A DNA stretch of 64,000 nucleotides, taken from the NCBI GenBank assembly GCA_016190445.1, contig JACPQL010000051.1, forward strand, positions 38,505 to 102,504, read 5' to 3'. Position 1 is the stretch's first letter. Every line of letters starts with the position of its first letter. The position numbers were made by a program, and so were the translations under genes. Positions 19,096 to 27,815 of the stretch are shown here, in pieces. This DNA comes from Chloroflexota bacterium (GTDB taxonomy: Bacteria; Chloroflexota; Dehalococcoidia; Lucifugimonadales; JACPQL01). Below the pieces are notes generated by a model. The model searched no databases. It saw only the letters and a program-made list of their open reading frames with translations, and was not told where the DNA came from.

Positions 19096-21110
19096 ACGCG
19101 GCTGACATCGGCTCGGCGGCGCTCTGGGGCGCCCTGGCCCTCGCGAGCTACGCCGCTGTGGGCTCGGTGCTGGGAGTGTTGCAGCGACGCCCCCCCCTGG
19201 TGGAGAGCGCCCGGTATGCCGCTTACCTCACGGTGCCTCTTCTGGGAATCGCGGTGGCGAACCTGGTGGGCGCCTTCCTCACCCACGATTTCCAGATCGC
19301 CTATGTCTTCGATCACAGCAACACTGCCATGCCGCGCGCCTACACCTGGGTGGCCTTCTACGCCGGCAACCAGGGCTCTCTCCTTTTCGTCGCCTTTGTC
19401 ATGGCTTCCTTCTCGTCCCTGGCAGTGTGGCGCAGCCGCCACTCGGCCTCGCCCAGCCTCGCCTACTCCACCGCCGTGATGATGGGCGTGCTCACCTTCT
19501 TCACCGCAGTACTGATAGTCCTGGCCAACCCCTTCGAACTCCTTCCTTCTGCGCCCCTGGGCGGGCGGGGCATCAATCCGCTCCTCACCCACCCCGGCAT
19601 GTTCCTCCACCCGCCAGCGCTGATGACCGGGCTGACAGCGGTGACGGTGCCTTTTGCCTTCGCCATGGGCCACCTGCTGGCGCGCCCCGGCGCCGACCAG
19701 AACGAGTGGCTGGAGCCTGCCCGCACCTGGGCGATGGTCTCCTGGGCCTTGCTGGGTGCGGGAAACCTTCTCGGGGCCTGGTGGGCCTACACCATACTCG
19801 GCTGGGGCGGCTACTGGGGCTGGGACCCGGTGGAGAACGCGGGCTTCATGCCGTGGCTGGCCATGACGGCATTCGTCCACTCCCTCGTCGTCCAGAAGCA
19901 GCGCCGCATGTTCCATCGCTGGACCATGTCTCTCATCATCATCGCCTTCGCCCTGGCCAACTTCGGCGTCTTCATCAACCGGGGTGGCCCAGTCCCCTCG
20001 GTCCACTCTTTCGGCGCGTCCACCCTGGGATGGGTCTTCCTCCTCTTCCTGGGAATCAGCATTGTCGCCTCTCTGCTGCTCTTCTTCCTGCGCTATCCCT
20101 CGCTGGGGAACGCCCAGAGAATGGAATCCACCCTCTCCAGGGAGGGGGCCTTCCTGGTCAACAACATGCTCCTTCTCGCCATCACCTTCGTCACCTTCTG
20201 GGGAGAGATCTATCCCCTTATTTCGGACGCCTTTACCGGTACCACGGTGACGGTGGGGGCACCCTTCTACAACCAGGTGAATGGCCCCTTGATGCTGGCC
20301 CTCATATTGACCATGGGCGTGGGGCCTCTCCTCCCCTGGCGGCGCGCCTCCATGGCGAACCTCACCCGAACGCTCATGGTCCCCGGGCTGGTGGCCGTCC
20401 TGGTGGTGTCCGCCCTCGCCCTGCTGGGGGTGCGCAACGTCTATGCCCTTCTCTCTTTCGCGCTGATATCTACGGTGGCGGCCGGGATCATAGGTGAATG
20501 GACGCGGGGCACCCGGTCGAGGCACCGCCGCGGAGAGTCATATCCCGCAGCCTTCCTGCGACTCATCGCAGCCAACCGGCGCAGGTACGGCGGCTACATT
20601 GTTCACCTGGCCATTTTGTTGTTGGCCCTGGGCATAACAGGCTCCCGTTTCTACGGCATCCAGAGGGACGTGGCCCTGGCACCCGGGGAGCAGGCCACCA
20701 TAGGTAACTACCAGGTACAGTTCGTCGGGGCCACCTCCCTCACCTACCCTGACCGGCTGGAGCGGGTGGCCACCCTCCGCGCCTCCAACGGCGGCTCCGA
20801 CCTGGGCACTCTCACCGCGTGGCGCGCTTTTTATCCTGCGTTCAACATGGCCTCCACCCGGGCGGCCATCCGGTCCACGCCCCTGGAGGACCTGTACATC
20901 ATATTCGGCCAGGAACAGGAGAGCGGCGGTGCCACCTTCCGCCTGATGGTGAACCCTCTGGTCTGGTGGCTATGGCTGGCAGGCCCCATCTTCATCCTGG
21001 GGACGCTGGTAGCCCTCTGGCCGCAGCGGCTCCGCCCGCCGGGCCACATTGCCCGCCTCCAGCGGGAACGAGTGGCGACGCCTTCTTCAGCAATGGAGCG
21101 CCAAGAGTGA
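19092..21110 (+). CDS. ccmF: Cytochrome c heme lyase subunit CcmF
   Basis: 672 aa and polytopic. It carries the WWD-type motif WGGYWGWDPVENAGFMPWL. ATGA overlap with the ccmH stop. Confidence 0.9.
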   Translation: MNAADIGSAALWGALALASYAAVGSVLGVLQRRPPLVESARYAAYLTVPLLGIAVANLVGAFLTHDFQIAYVFDHSNTAMPRAYTWVAFYAGNQGSLLFVAFVMASFSSLAVWRSRHSASPSLAYSTAVMMGVLTFFTAVLIVLANPFELLPSAPLGGRGINPLLTHPGMFLHPPALMTGLTAVTVPFAFAMGHLLARPGADQNEWLEPARTWAMVSWALLGAGNLLGAWWAYTILGWGGYWGWDPVENAGFMPWLAMTAFVHSLVVQKQRRMFHRWTMSLIIIAFALANFGVFINRGGPVPSVHSFGASTLGWVFLLFLGISIVASLLLFFLRYPSLGNAQRMESTLSREGAFLVNNMLLLAITFVTFWGEIYPLISDAFTGTTVTVGAPFYNQVNGPLMLALILTMGVGPLLPWRRASMANLTRTLMVPGLVAVLVVSALALLGVRNVYALLSFALISTVAAGIIGEWTRGTRSRHRRGESYPAAFLRLIAANRRRYGGYIVHLAILLLALGITGSRFYGIQRDVALAPGEQATIGNYQVQFVGATSLTYPDRLERVATLRASNGGSDLGTLTAWRAFYPAFNMASTRAAIRSTPLEDLYIIFGQEQESGGATFRLMVNPLVWWLWLAGPIFILGTLVALWPQRLRPPGHIARLQRERVATPSSAMERQE

Positions 21111-21454
21111 CGATTCTGCTGAGCCTCCTCCTCGCTGCGGCATGCCTCTGGGTGCTCGCCTTGCCGTTCCGCCAGCGTCGTCAACAGGGGCCCGATACCC
21201 AGCCTGACCCGGTACAGGAGCTACGTGTCCAGAGGCAACGCATCTACGACGAAATAAGGACGCTGGGCCTGGAGCGGGACCTGGGGACCATCGGTGAAGA
21301 GGAGTACCAGTCGCGTCTGCGTTCGGCCCGCCTGCGGGCAGCGACAAACCTGCGAGACCAGGAGCAACTGGAGGAGCAGTTGCAAAGGCTGTCTGAGCAA
21401 CTGGAGGCCGAGGTGCAAGAGGTCCGGACCTCGCGGCGGAGGCGAGGCGCATGA
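21107..21454 (+). CDS. Small membrane-anchored coiled-coil protein of unknown function (ccm operon member)
   Basis: The GTG start forms a GTGA overlap with the ccmF stop. One N-terminal TM helix (VTILLSLLLAAACLWVLALPF) is followed by a charged helical tail containing GTIGEEEYQSRLRSARL (SHOCT-like). I recognise no family. Confidence 0.5.
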   Translation: MTILLSLLLAAACLWVLALPFRQRRQQGPDTQPDPVQELRVQRQRIYDEIRTLGLERDLGTIGEEEYQSRLRSARLRAATNLRDQEQLEEQLQRLSEQLEAEVQEVRTSRRRRGA

Positions 21455-22689
21455 GCACTCGCGCCCGAAGCCCGGCCCTGCGTACGATAACGGTGGCTAT
21501 CGCTGCCATCGCGCCTGCGCTCCTGGTAGCGCTCATGGCGCTTGCTCCCGCTCAGGCACAGGAGGCTCAGACCACCATCCAGGGGGCCGTCGCCAACGGG
21601 ACGCCGGGGGCGGCGCCGCCAGAGGGCGTCCCCGTGGCCCTTCACGTGGCCCGCCAGGGCGACCTCCTAGATGTGCGGGCAACCACCACATCCGCCCAGG
21701 GCAACTTCACTTTCGACAACGTCACTGCGGGCGAGGGAGTAGTCTACCGAGTGGTGGTTGTCTACCTGAACGCCATCTACTCCGCCATATTGGACCAGTC
21801 AGACCTCTCCCAACCGGTCCAGCTTACGGTGTACGAAGCCGGCGGTGACCCCGGGCTCGTCAGGGTGCCAACCAACACTGTCCTGGTGCAGTCCGCCGAC
21901 CGCGACCTCCAGCTTCTCACCGTGCTGGAGCTGGTGGCCCTGGACAACTCCGACCTTCGCGCTGTGGCGGCAGACAAGACCCCCCTTCTTCTCCCCCTGC
22001 CCCGAGGCGCCACCGACCTGCGGGCCTCCCTGGACCAGTTTGACGCGCAGGTGGTCCAGGTACAGGAGGGACTAGCCCTCACATCGGTGCTGGCTCCAGG
22101 CACCCACGAGCTTCTCCTCAGCTACAAGGTGGCCTACGGAGGCTCCGAGGCGGACCTGGCGCGCTCCTTCTTCCTCCCCACCGACAGTGTGCGCCTGCTG
22201 GTGCCAGCCATGCTGGCCCGGGTCCGCACCAGCGGACTGGCCCAGGAGCCGACAGTGAGTATGGGGGCCACGGACTACCTCTCCTTCCGGGCAACGGGCC
22301 TCCGCCAAGGCGACAGGGTGGAAATCCGCCTGGAGAGGCTACCAGCGTCATCCCCGCTCCTGCGTCTATGGCGGGCACTGGAGCGGACCACAGGGCGCAT
22401 CCTGCTGCCTGTCGCCCTTGGCCTGGGACTGGCTGCGCTCGCGGTCTACGGGCTGGTCTCGCGGCGACCGGCGGAGGGCTCCCTGCCCCAAGCCGCAGCT
22501 CCCACCGACCGCGCCTCCCTGGTGGCCGCACTGGCCGACCTGGACGACCGCTTCTCCACCCACAGCATAGGCCAGCAGGAGTACCGCGCACAGCGCGAAA
22601 CTCTCAAAGACCGCCTGCTGCGCCTGGAGCTTGGGCAAAGGGCTTCCCAGGCACAGCCTGCGGGCCAGGAACCCGCCCAGAACCCATAG
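21451..22689 (+). CDS. Secreted/membrane-anchored protein of unknown function (ccm operon member)
   Basis: ATGA overlap with the upstream gene. It has a signal peptide (ALLVALMALAPAQAQE) and a carboxypeptidase-regulatory-like beta domain (TTIQGAVANGTPG...GNFTFDNV). A late TM helix (LLPVALGLGLAALAVYGLV) precedes a tail containing HSIGQQEYRAQRETLKDRLL. Confidence 0.6.
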   Translation: MSTRARSPALRTITVAIAAIAPALLVALMALAPAQAQEAQTTIQGAVANGTPGAAPPEGVPVALHVARQGDLLDVRATTTSAQGNFTFDNVTAGEGVVYRVVVVYLNAIYSAILDQSDLSQPVQLTVYEAGGDPGLVRVPTNTVLVQSADRDLQLLTVLELVALDNSDLRAVAADKTPLLLPLPRGATDLRASLDQFDAQVVQVQEGLALTSVLAPGTHELLLSYKVAYGGSEADLARSFFLPTDSVRLLVPAMLARVRTSGLAQEPTVSMGATDYLSFRATGLRQGDRVEIRLERLPASSPLLRLWRALERTTGRILLPVALGLGLAALAVYGLVSRRPAEGSLPQAAAPTDRASLVAALADLDDRFSTHSIGQQEYRAQRETLKDRLLRLELGQRASQAQPAGQEPAQNP

Positions 22690-22781
22690 CGCGGCTGCGA
22701 GAGCAGACTGGTATAATTCTTGGATGTGGAGGAGGCGCAGGCCCCCTCACCACCCCGGAGGCCCAAGGTAGACATAAGGCT

Positions 22782-23645
22782 ATGAAGCACATGGAGCAGG
22801 AAACACCCGCCACTGCACGCCCCCAGGCCACCCGAACGGTGGCCGGCCGCCTGGGGGCATACGCCGTTGCAGGCGCCATCACCGCAGGGATGATCGCGCT
22901 GCTACTCGCGCTCAAAGGCGGCGCCCAGGGGACCCTGGCCCAGGCGGCGGGGCTACTCCCGTTTGGGTACGCCTTCGCCGCTGGGATGGTAGCGAGCGTC
23001 AACCCCTGCGGCTTTCTCCTGCTGCCATCCTACCTCTCATACCACCTGGGCATCGAGGAGAAGGGGTTCTTCACCTCCCCGGTGTACGTGCGTGGATATA
23101 GGGCCATGAGTCTCGGCCTGGCAGCCACGGCAGGCTTCGTCGTCGTCTTCTCGCTGGTGGGCGCTGTCATTGCCCTCGGAGGACGGTGGCTCGTCAGCCT
23201 CTTCCCCTTCGCAGGCCTGGGCATAGGGGTGGCCCTGGCGAGCCTGGGAGCGTGGCTCCTGATAACGGGGCGCTCTCTGGGCATCGCCTCCGCCAGCCGG
23301 ATCAGCGTGGCCCCCAGAAAGAACCTGGCCAACGTCTTCCTCTTTGGCATCGCCTACGCAATCTGCTCCCTCAGTTGCACGCTCCCCGTCTTCCTGGTGG
23401 TGGTGGGAAGCGCCCTGGCCACTCGAGGCGCCGCCGACTCCTTTGCCCAGTTCATCAGCTACTCCCTCGGCATGGGGGCTGTCCTGGTGAGCATCACCAT
23501 GGTCGCCGCGCTGTTCCGTGGGGCCGCCAGCCGGCCCCTTCGCTGGCTCATGCCGCACGTCCACGTCATCAGCGCAATGTTTCTCACGGGAGCCGGCGCG
23601 TACATCATCTTCTACTGGATACGGTACGGAGACCTGTTCTCCTGA
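22782..23645 (+). CDS. ccdA: Cytochrome c biogenesis thiol-disulfide transporter CcdA (DsbD_2 family)
   Basis: Internal ATG at 22782. The two conserved TM cysteines are present (VNPCGFLLLPSYL and AYAICSLSCTLPVFLVV). Polytopic. Confidence 0.8.
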   Translation: MKHMEQETPATARPQATRTVAGRLGAYAVAGAITAGMIALLLALKGGAQGTLAQAAGLLPFGYAFAAGMVASVNPCGFLLLPSYLSYHLGIEEKGFFTSPVYVRGYRAMSLGLAATAGFVVVFSLVGAVIALGGRWLVSLFPFAGLGIGVALASLGAWLLITGRSLGIASASRISVAPRKNLANVFLFGIAYAICSLSCTLPVFLVVVGSALATRGAADSFAQFISYSLGMGAVLVSITMVAALFRGAASRPLRWLMPHVHVISAMFLTGAGAYIIFYWIRYGDLFS

Positions 23646-24223
23646 TGCAGCACAAGACCAGCCGCCGCCCCCGCGTCCTTTTTCTGCTCTCCATCATCCC
23701 ATTCGTTGCGCTCATCGTCCTCTTCGCCTGGGCGCTGAACCGCACCGGCGGCCAGCCCGGCGGCCTGGCAATCAAGAACGTCCTGGGCGAGATCAAGGTG
23801 GAGCAGCAGCCCGCGCCAGACTTCACTCTGACCACCTTTGATGGCCAGGAGCTGCGGCTGGCGGACCTCCGGGGCAAGGTAGTCATGATTGACTTCTGGG
23901 CCTCCTGGTGCCCCCCGTGCCGGCAGGAGGCGCCCCTTCTGGCCCAGGTATACCAGGAGTACCGTGGCCGGGGGGTGGAGTTCGTGGGGGTAGACATCTG
24001 GGACGACGAGAGAGACGCCAGAGAGTTCATTCGCAGGTATGGGGTGACCTACCCCAACGGCCTGGACTCCAAGGGCACCATCGCCATCAACTACGGCGTC
24101 ACCGGCGTCCCTGAGAAGTACTTCCTGGACCGAGAGGGCTTCCTGGCAAAGAGGTTCGTGGGCCCCATGAACTCCACCAAGCTGCATTCGATCCTGGACG
24201 ACCTTCTGGCCCGCACCCCCTGA
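23645..24223 (+). CDS. Membrane-anchored thioredoxin-like protein (TlpA/ResA/CcmG type)
   Basis: The TGATG junction overlaps the ccdA stop. An N-terminal TM anchor is followed by DFWASWCPPCRQEAP (WCxxC) and YGVTGVPEKYFLD. Confidence 0.85.
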   Translation: MQHKTSRRPRVLFLLSIIPFVALIVLFAWALNRTGGQPGGLAIKNVLGEIKVEQQPAPDFTLTTFDGQELRLADLRGKVVMIDFWASWCPPCRQEAPLLAQVYQEYRGRGVEFVGVDIWDDERDAREFIRRYGVTYPNGLDSKGTIAINYGVTGVPEKYFLDREGFLAKRFVGPMNSTKLHSILDDLLARTP

Positions 24224-24237
24224 CCCTCCCTGCCTGC

Positions 24238-24266
24238 TTGACAAACTCCCGCTTTCTGTATATAAA
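24238..24266 (+). promoter_or_regulatory. Sigma70-like promoter upstream of the HTH-MenA-like gene
   Basis: TTGACA (24238..24243), 17 nt, TATAAA (24261..24266), about 58 nt before the ATG at 24324. Confidence 0.55.
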
Positions 24267-24323
24267 TGAGCCAGCCTGATCACTCCTGTAACAGGTCGTT
24301 GGCCTTACATTACGTCCATTACA

Positions 24324-25481
24324 ATGGAACAGACGCACCTGGCAACTGACCGGAGCCTGAGCGTGCAGCAGGTGGCAGCTCGCCTCGGCGTGACGCCGGT
24401 GACGGTCTATCGCCACCTCAGGCGTGGCACCCTTCCCCACTTCCGCTTTGGGGGAACGTTGCGTGTGCTGGAGACTGACCTGGACGCCTTTATACAGCGG
24501 GGACGACGCCACGGCGTATCCCCGATTCCACCGGAGAGGGCAAACGTACCAACGGCAAACACCCTGCCACAGCGCAGCCGGGCCTGGGCGGAGCTTGTGC
24601 GCCCCTCTTCCTGGACAGCCTCCCTGGTGCCTGTGCTGCTGGGCACAGCCATCGCCTGGAAGGACGGCCACCTCAACCCCATCCTTGTGGGGCTGGCGCT
24701 GGTGGGCGCCACCCTGTTGCACGCCGCCACCAACGTGATCAACGAACTGTTCGACGTCCGCCAAGGCGTGGACGCGGTCGAGTCTGCCGGCGGCAGCAAA
24801 ATGGTAGCCCAGGCCAGACTCCTCCCCGGCGAGGTGTACAAAGGGGGGCTGCTGCTGTTCGGCATGGCGGTGCTGGTGGGCGCCTACCTGGCCACGGTGC
24901 GCGGCTATTACATCGTGCTCGTCGGCACGGCTGCGGTGCTGGCTGGCTACTTCTACACTGCACCGCCGTTCCACTACAAGTACCGCGCCCTCGGCGTGCC
25001 CGTGGTGCTCGTTATGATGGGCCCCCTCATGGTGCTGGGCACCTATTTCGTGATGACAGGCACGGTCACCGCCCAGGCAGTGCTGGCCTCCATCCCGGTG
25101 GGGGTCCTGGTGGCCTCAATCTTCCATGCCAAGGACATCCGAGACGTGGAGAACGATGCCCGGGCCGGGTCCACCACCCTGGCCACGCTCATGGGGCAGA
25201 GGTCCGCTGGCAGGCTGTACACCGTCATGACCTTTGGCTGCTACGCCATCACGGTGCTCCTCGTCGCGCTGAGAACCTTGCCCGCCTGGTCTCTCATCAC
25301 GTTGCTGGCGTTGCTGGTGGCCATGCCAGCCTCACTGCACATGGAGCGCGGCACGCGGCCCCAGGGCGGTCCCACCCTCGCGCTGGCTGCCATTGACACC
25401 GCCACTGTCCGGCACCACCTGCTGTTCGGGGTGCTCCTCAGCATAGCCTTCGTTCTCCAGAGGGCCACAAGCTCATGGTGA
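24324..25481 (+). CDS. Fusion protein: excisionase/MerR-type HTH DNA-binding domain plus UbiA-superfamily (MenA-like) prenyltransferase
   Basis: The N-terminal ~60 aa (LSVQQVAARLGVTPVTVYRHLRRGTLPHFRFGGTLRVLETDLDAFIQRG) match the HTH_17/excisionase pattern. The rest is polytopic with Asp-rich motifs NVINELFDVRQGVD and DIRDVENDARAG. One uninterrupted ORF of 385 aa. Confidence 0.75.
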   Translation: MEQTHLATDRSLSVQQVAARLGVTPVTVYRHLRRGTLPHFRFGGTLRVLETDLDAFIQRGRRHGVSPIPPERANVPTANTLPQRSRAWAELVRPSSWTASLVPVLLGTAIAWKDGHLNPILVGLALVGATLLHAATNVINELFDVRQGVDAVESAGGSKMVAQARLLPGEVYKGGLLLFGMAVLVGAYLATVRGYYIVLVGTAAVLAGYFYTAPPFHYKYRALGVPVVLVMMGPLMVLGTYFVMTGTVTAQAVLASIPVGVLVASIFHAKDIRDVENDARAGSTTLATLMGQRSAGRLYTVMTFGCYAITVLLVALRTLPAWSLITLLALLVAMPASLHMERGTRPQGGPTLALAAIDTATVRHHLLFGVLLSIAFVLQRATSSW

Positions 25482-26188
25482 CCAGCCAGGAAACCCAGGC
25501 CAAGGCGCAATACGTAGGCTCCATGTTCGCCCGCATCGCCCGCCGCTACGACTTCGTGAACTCGGTCATGACCGCCGGTCGGCACGGGGCGTGGCGCCGG
25601 ATGGCGCTGGCCATGGCGGACCCGCCAGAGGGCGCCTTGGGGCTGGACGTGGCCTGCGGCACCGGCGATTTTGCCCTGGCACTCGCCCGCCGCCCGGTGC
25701 TCGGCGTGGTTGCCGCGGACTTCTGCCAAGAAATGCTGTCGGTGGCCAGAGAGAAGGCAAGCCGTCGTGGGGCTCAGGACCAGGTCCACTTCCAGATGGC
25801 CGATGCCCTGTCGCTCCCCTTTCCCGATGACCAGTTCCACTGTGTGACCATCGGTTTTGCGCTGCGCAACGTCGCCTCCATTGACCGCTGCCTCGCCGAG
25901 CTGTTCAGGGTGACTCGCCCCGGAGGGCGCACCGTCAGCCTGGAGCTGACCTCTCTGGGACGGGGGCCCCTGGCGCCTCTGGTGCACATCTACCTCAAAA
26001 AGGCCATCCCTATGTTGGGTGGCCTTCTCACCGGGCAGCGAGAGGCATACCGGTACCTGCCCAACTCGGTGATGGGCTTCCCCAGCCCGGAGAGACTGGC
26101 GGAGATGATGCGAAAGGCGGGCTTCTCCAGGGTGTGGTCCCGGCAGCTTGCCCTGGGCGCTGTCGCCATTCACGTGGGAGAGAAATAG
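25475..26188 (+). CDS. ubiE: Demethylmenaquinone/ubiquinone C-methyltransferase (UbiE/MenG)
   Basis: YDFVNSVMTAGRHGAWRR and LDVACGTGDFA (SAM-binding) are present. 237 aa. The start overlaps the upstream stop (ATGGTGA). Confidence 0.9.
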   Translation: MVTSQETQAKAQYVGSMFARIARRYDFVNSVMTAGRHGAWRRMALAMADPPEGALGLDVACGTGDFALALARRPVLGVVAADFCQEMLSVAREKASRRGAQDQVHFQMADALSLPFPDDQFHCVTIGFALRNVASIDRCLAELFRVTRPGGRTVSLELTSLGRGPLAPLVHIYLKKAIPMLGGLLTGQREAYRYLPNSVMGFPSPERLAEMMRKAGFSRVWSRQLALGAVAIHVGEK

Positions 26189-26240
26189 ACAGCCGAGCCG
26201 GACACCGGCATACGTTGCTTACCATAATTTAGGAGGTGTG

Positions 26241-27815
26241 ATGCCTACTCCCAGATCAGATGCATACGATGTGGTGGTCATAGGCGCGGGCCTGGCGGGC
26301 ATGACCGCCGGCGCCCTGCTGGCCCAGAACGGGATGCGGGTGCTGGTGGCGGACCACCGGCCCTCGCCCGGTGGCGTGTGTCACAGCTTCCAGCGTGATG
26401 GCTTTACCTTCGACGTGGGCCCCCACCTCCTCAGCGGCTGTGGCGACGGCTGGGTGGTGGACAAGGTCCTGCGCCGCATAGGTGGCCGGGAGAAGGTGGA
26501 GTTCCTCTCCGTGGACCCTCTGGCCCGGGTCACCTTCCCCGAACTCTCCTTCGACCTGCCCGCCAGGGGAGAGGAGTTCCTGGAGACCATCTCCCAGCGC
26601 TTCCCCTCAGAGAGCCGCCAGCTCGGGATGCTCTATCGTGAGATGCTGGCCATGTACCAGGAGGTGGACCAACTCCCGCACAGCTTTGGCATCTGGCAGT
26701 ACCTGAAGGTGCCCGTCAACCAGCCCATCTTCATGAAATACCCCTCCAAGACCTACCAGGCGAGCATGGACGACTTCCTCCTGGACCCACGCTTGAAGGC
26801 CGCCATCGCCTCGCTGTGGGTCTACTTCGGACTCCCGCCCTCCCGGATATCGGCGGTCTTCTGGACCATTGTCATGATGACCTACTTCCTGGGAGGCGGC
26901 TTCTACCCCAAGGGCGGGCTGGCGCAGCTTGCGCGGGCCTTCGCTGCGGGGCTGGAGAACAGCGGCGGGGAGCTGCTCCTCAACTCCCGCGCCGAGCGGA
27001 TCATGGTATCCAGAGGGCGAGTGGAGGGCGTCCAGTTCCGGGACGTCTCCGGCCAGTGGCTGCCTGGAGGAATGGCGGCGGGCCCGGACGCGCCTGCGGG
27101 CGAGACCTTCGTGGTGAAGGCTGACCACGTGGTGTCCGCCGGAGATGCCGTCAGCACCTTCCTGGACATGGTAGGAGAAGAACACCTGCCTGGCGGGTTC
27201 GTCAAAGGGCTCAGGAGATCGGAGCCGTCCCTTTCCCTGGTGAAGGTAGCCCTGGGAGTGGAGATGGACATGGTAGCCGCCGGGTTCGGGCGACACGACA
27301 CCGTCGTCTACGATAGCTACGACATGGACGCCGTCTTCGCCCGCATGAGGTCAGGGCTTCCCGATGCCCCGTGTGATGTAACCATCCCCTCGGTGACCGA
27401 CCCCTCCCTGGCACCCAAGGGGGCCCACACCGTCTACCTGTGGAACTACGCCCCCTACTCCGCGACCCAGGACTGGCAGGCCACTGGAGAGAAGGTTGCC
27501 GAGCAGTTCATCGGATGGATGGACGCCAGGGCTCCGGGCTTCGCGCGGGCGGTGCGACAGCGCCTCATCAACACGCCACAGACTTTCAGGGAATATGCCC
27601 TGACAGTGGACGGAGCGCCGTACGGATGGGCCTTCACCCCCAAGCAGATGGGCTTCAACAGGCTCCAGCCCAGGACGCCCATCAAGGGCCTGTATCTGGC
27701 AGGGCACTGGACCACGCCCGGCGCGGGAGTGGCCGGCGTGGTCATGTCGGGAGAGCGCACGGCGGACATAGTAGCGGCAAAGGAGGGATTCGCCCTATGG
27801 CGGAAGAGCGCGTAG
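26241..27815 (+). CDS. Phytoene-desaturase (CrtI)-family FAD-dependent oxidoreductase
   Basis: ATG 26241 has an AGGAGG 5 nt upstream. The N-terminus reads YDVVVIGAGLAGMTAGALLAQNGMRVLVADHRPSPGG. The C-terminal GLYLAGHWTTPGAGVAGV is typical of the CrtI/amine-oxidase fold. 524 aa. Confidence 0.8.
   Translation: MPTPRSDAYDVVVIGAGLAGMTAGALLAQNGMRVLVADHRPSPGGVCHSFQRDGFTFDVGPHLLSGCGDGWVVDKVLRRIGGREKVEFLSVDPLARVTFPELSFDLPARGEEFLETISQRFPSESRQLGMLYREMLAMYQEVDQLPHSFGIWQYLKVPVNQPIFMKYPSKTYQASMDDFLLDPRLKAAIASLWVYFGLPPSRISAVFWTIVMMTYFLGGGFYPKGGLAQLARAFAAGLENSGGELLLNSRAERIMVSRGRVEGVQFRDVSGQWLPGGMAAGPDAPAGETFVVKADHVVSAGDAVSTFLDMVGEEHLPGGFVKGLRRSEPSLSLVKVALGVEMDMVAAGFGRHDTVVYDSYDMDAVFARMRSGLPDAPCDVTIPSVTDPSLAPKGAHTVYLWNYAPYSATQDWQATGEKVAEQFIGWMDARAPGFARAVRQRLINTPQTFREYALTVDGAPYGWAFTPKQMGFNRLQPRTPIKGLYLAGHWTTPGAGVAGVVMSGERTADIVAAKEGFALWRKSA

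Noticed and set aside
19023-20525. 500-aa ORF antisense to ccmF
   Set aside because: Its composition is dominated by G/R/P/H/E runs with no recognisable domain. The + strand encodes a complete CcmF with the WWD motif. This is a typical GC-rich shadow frame.
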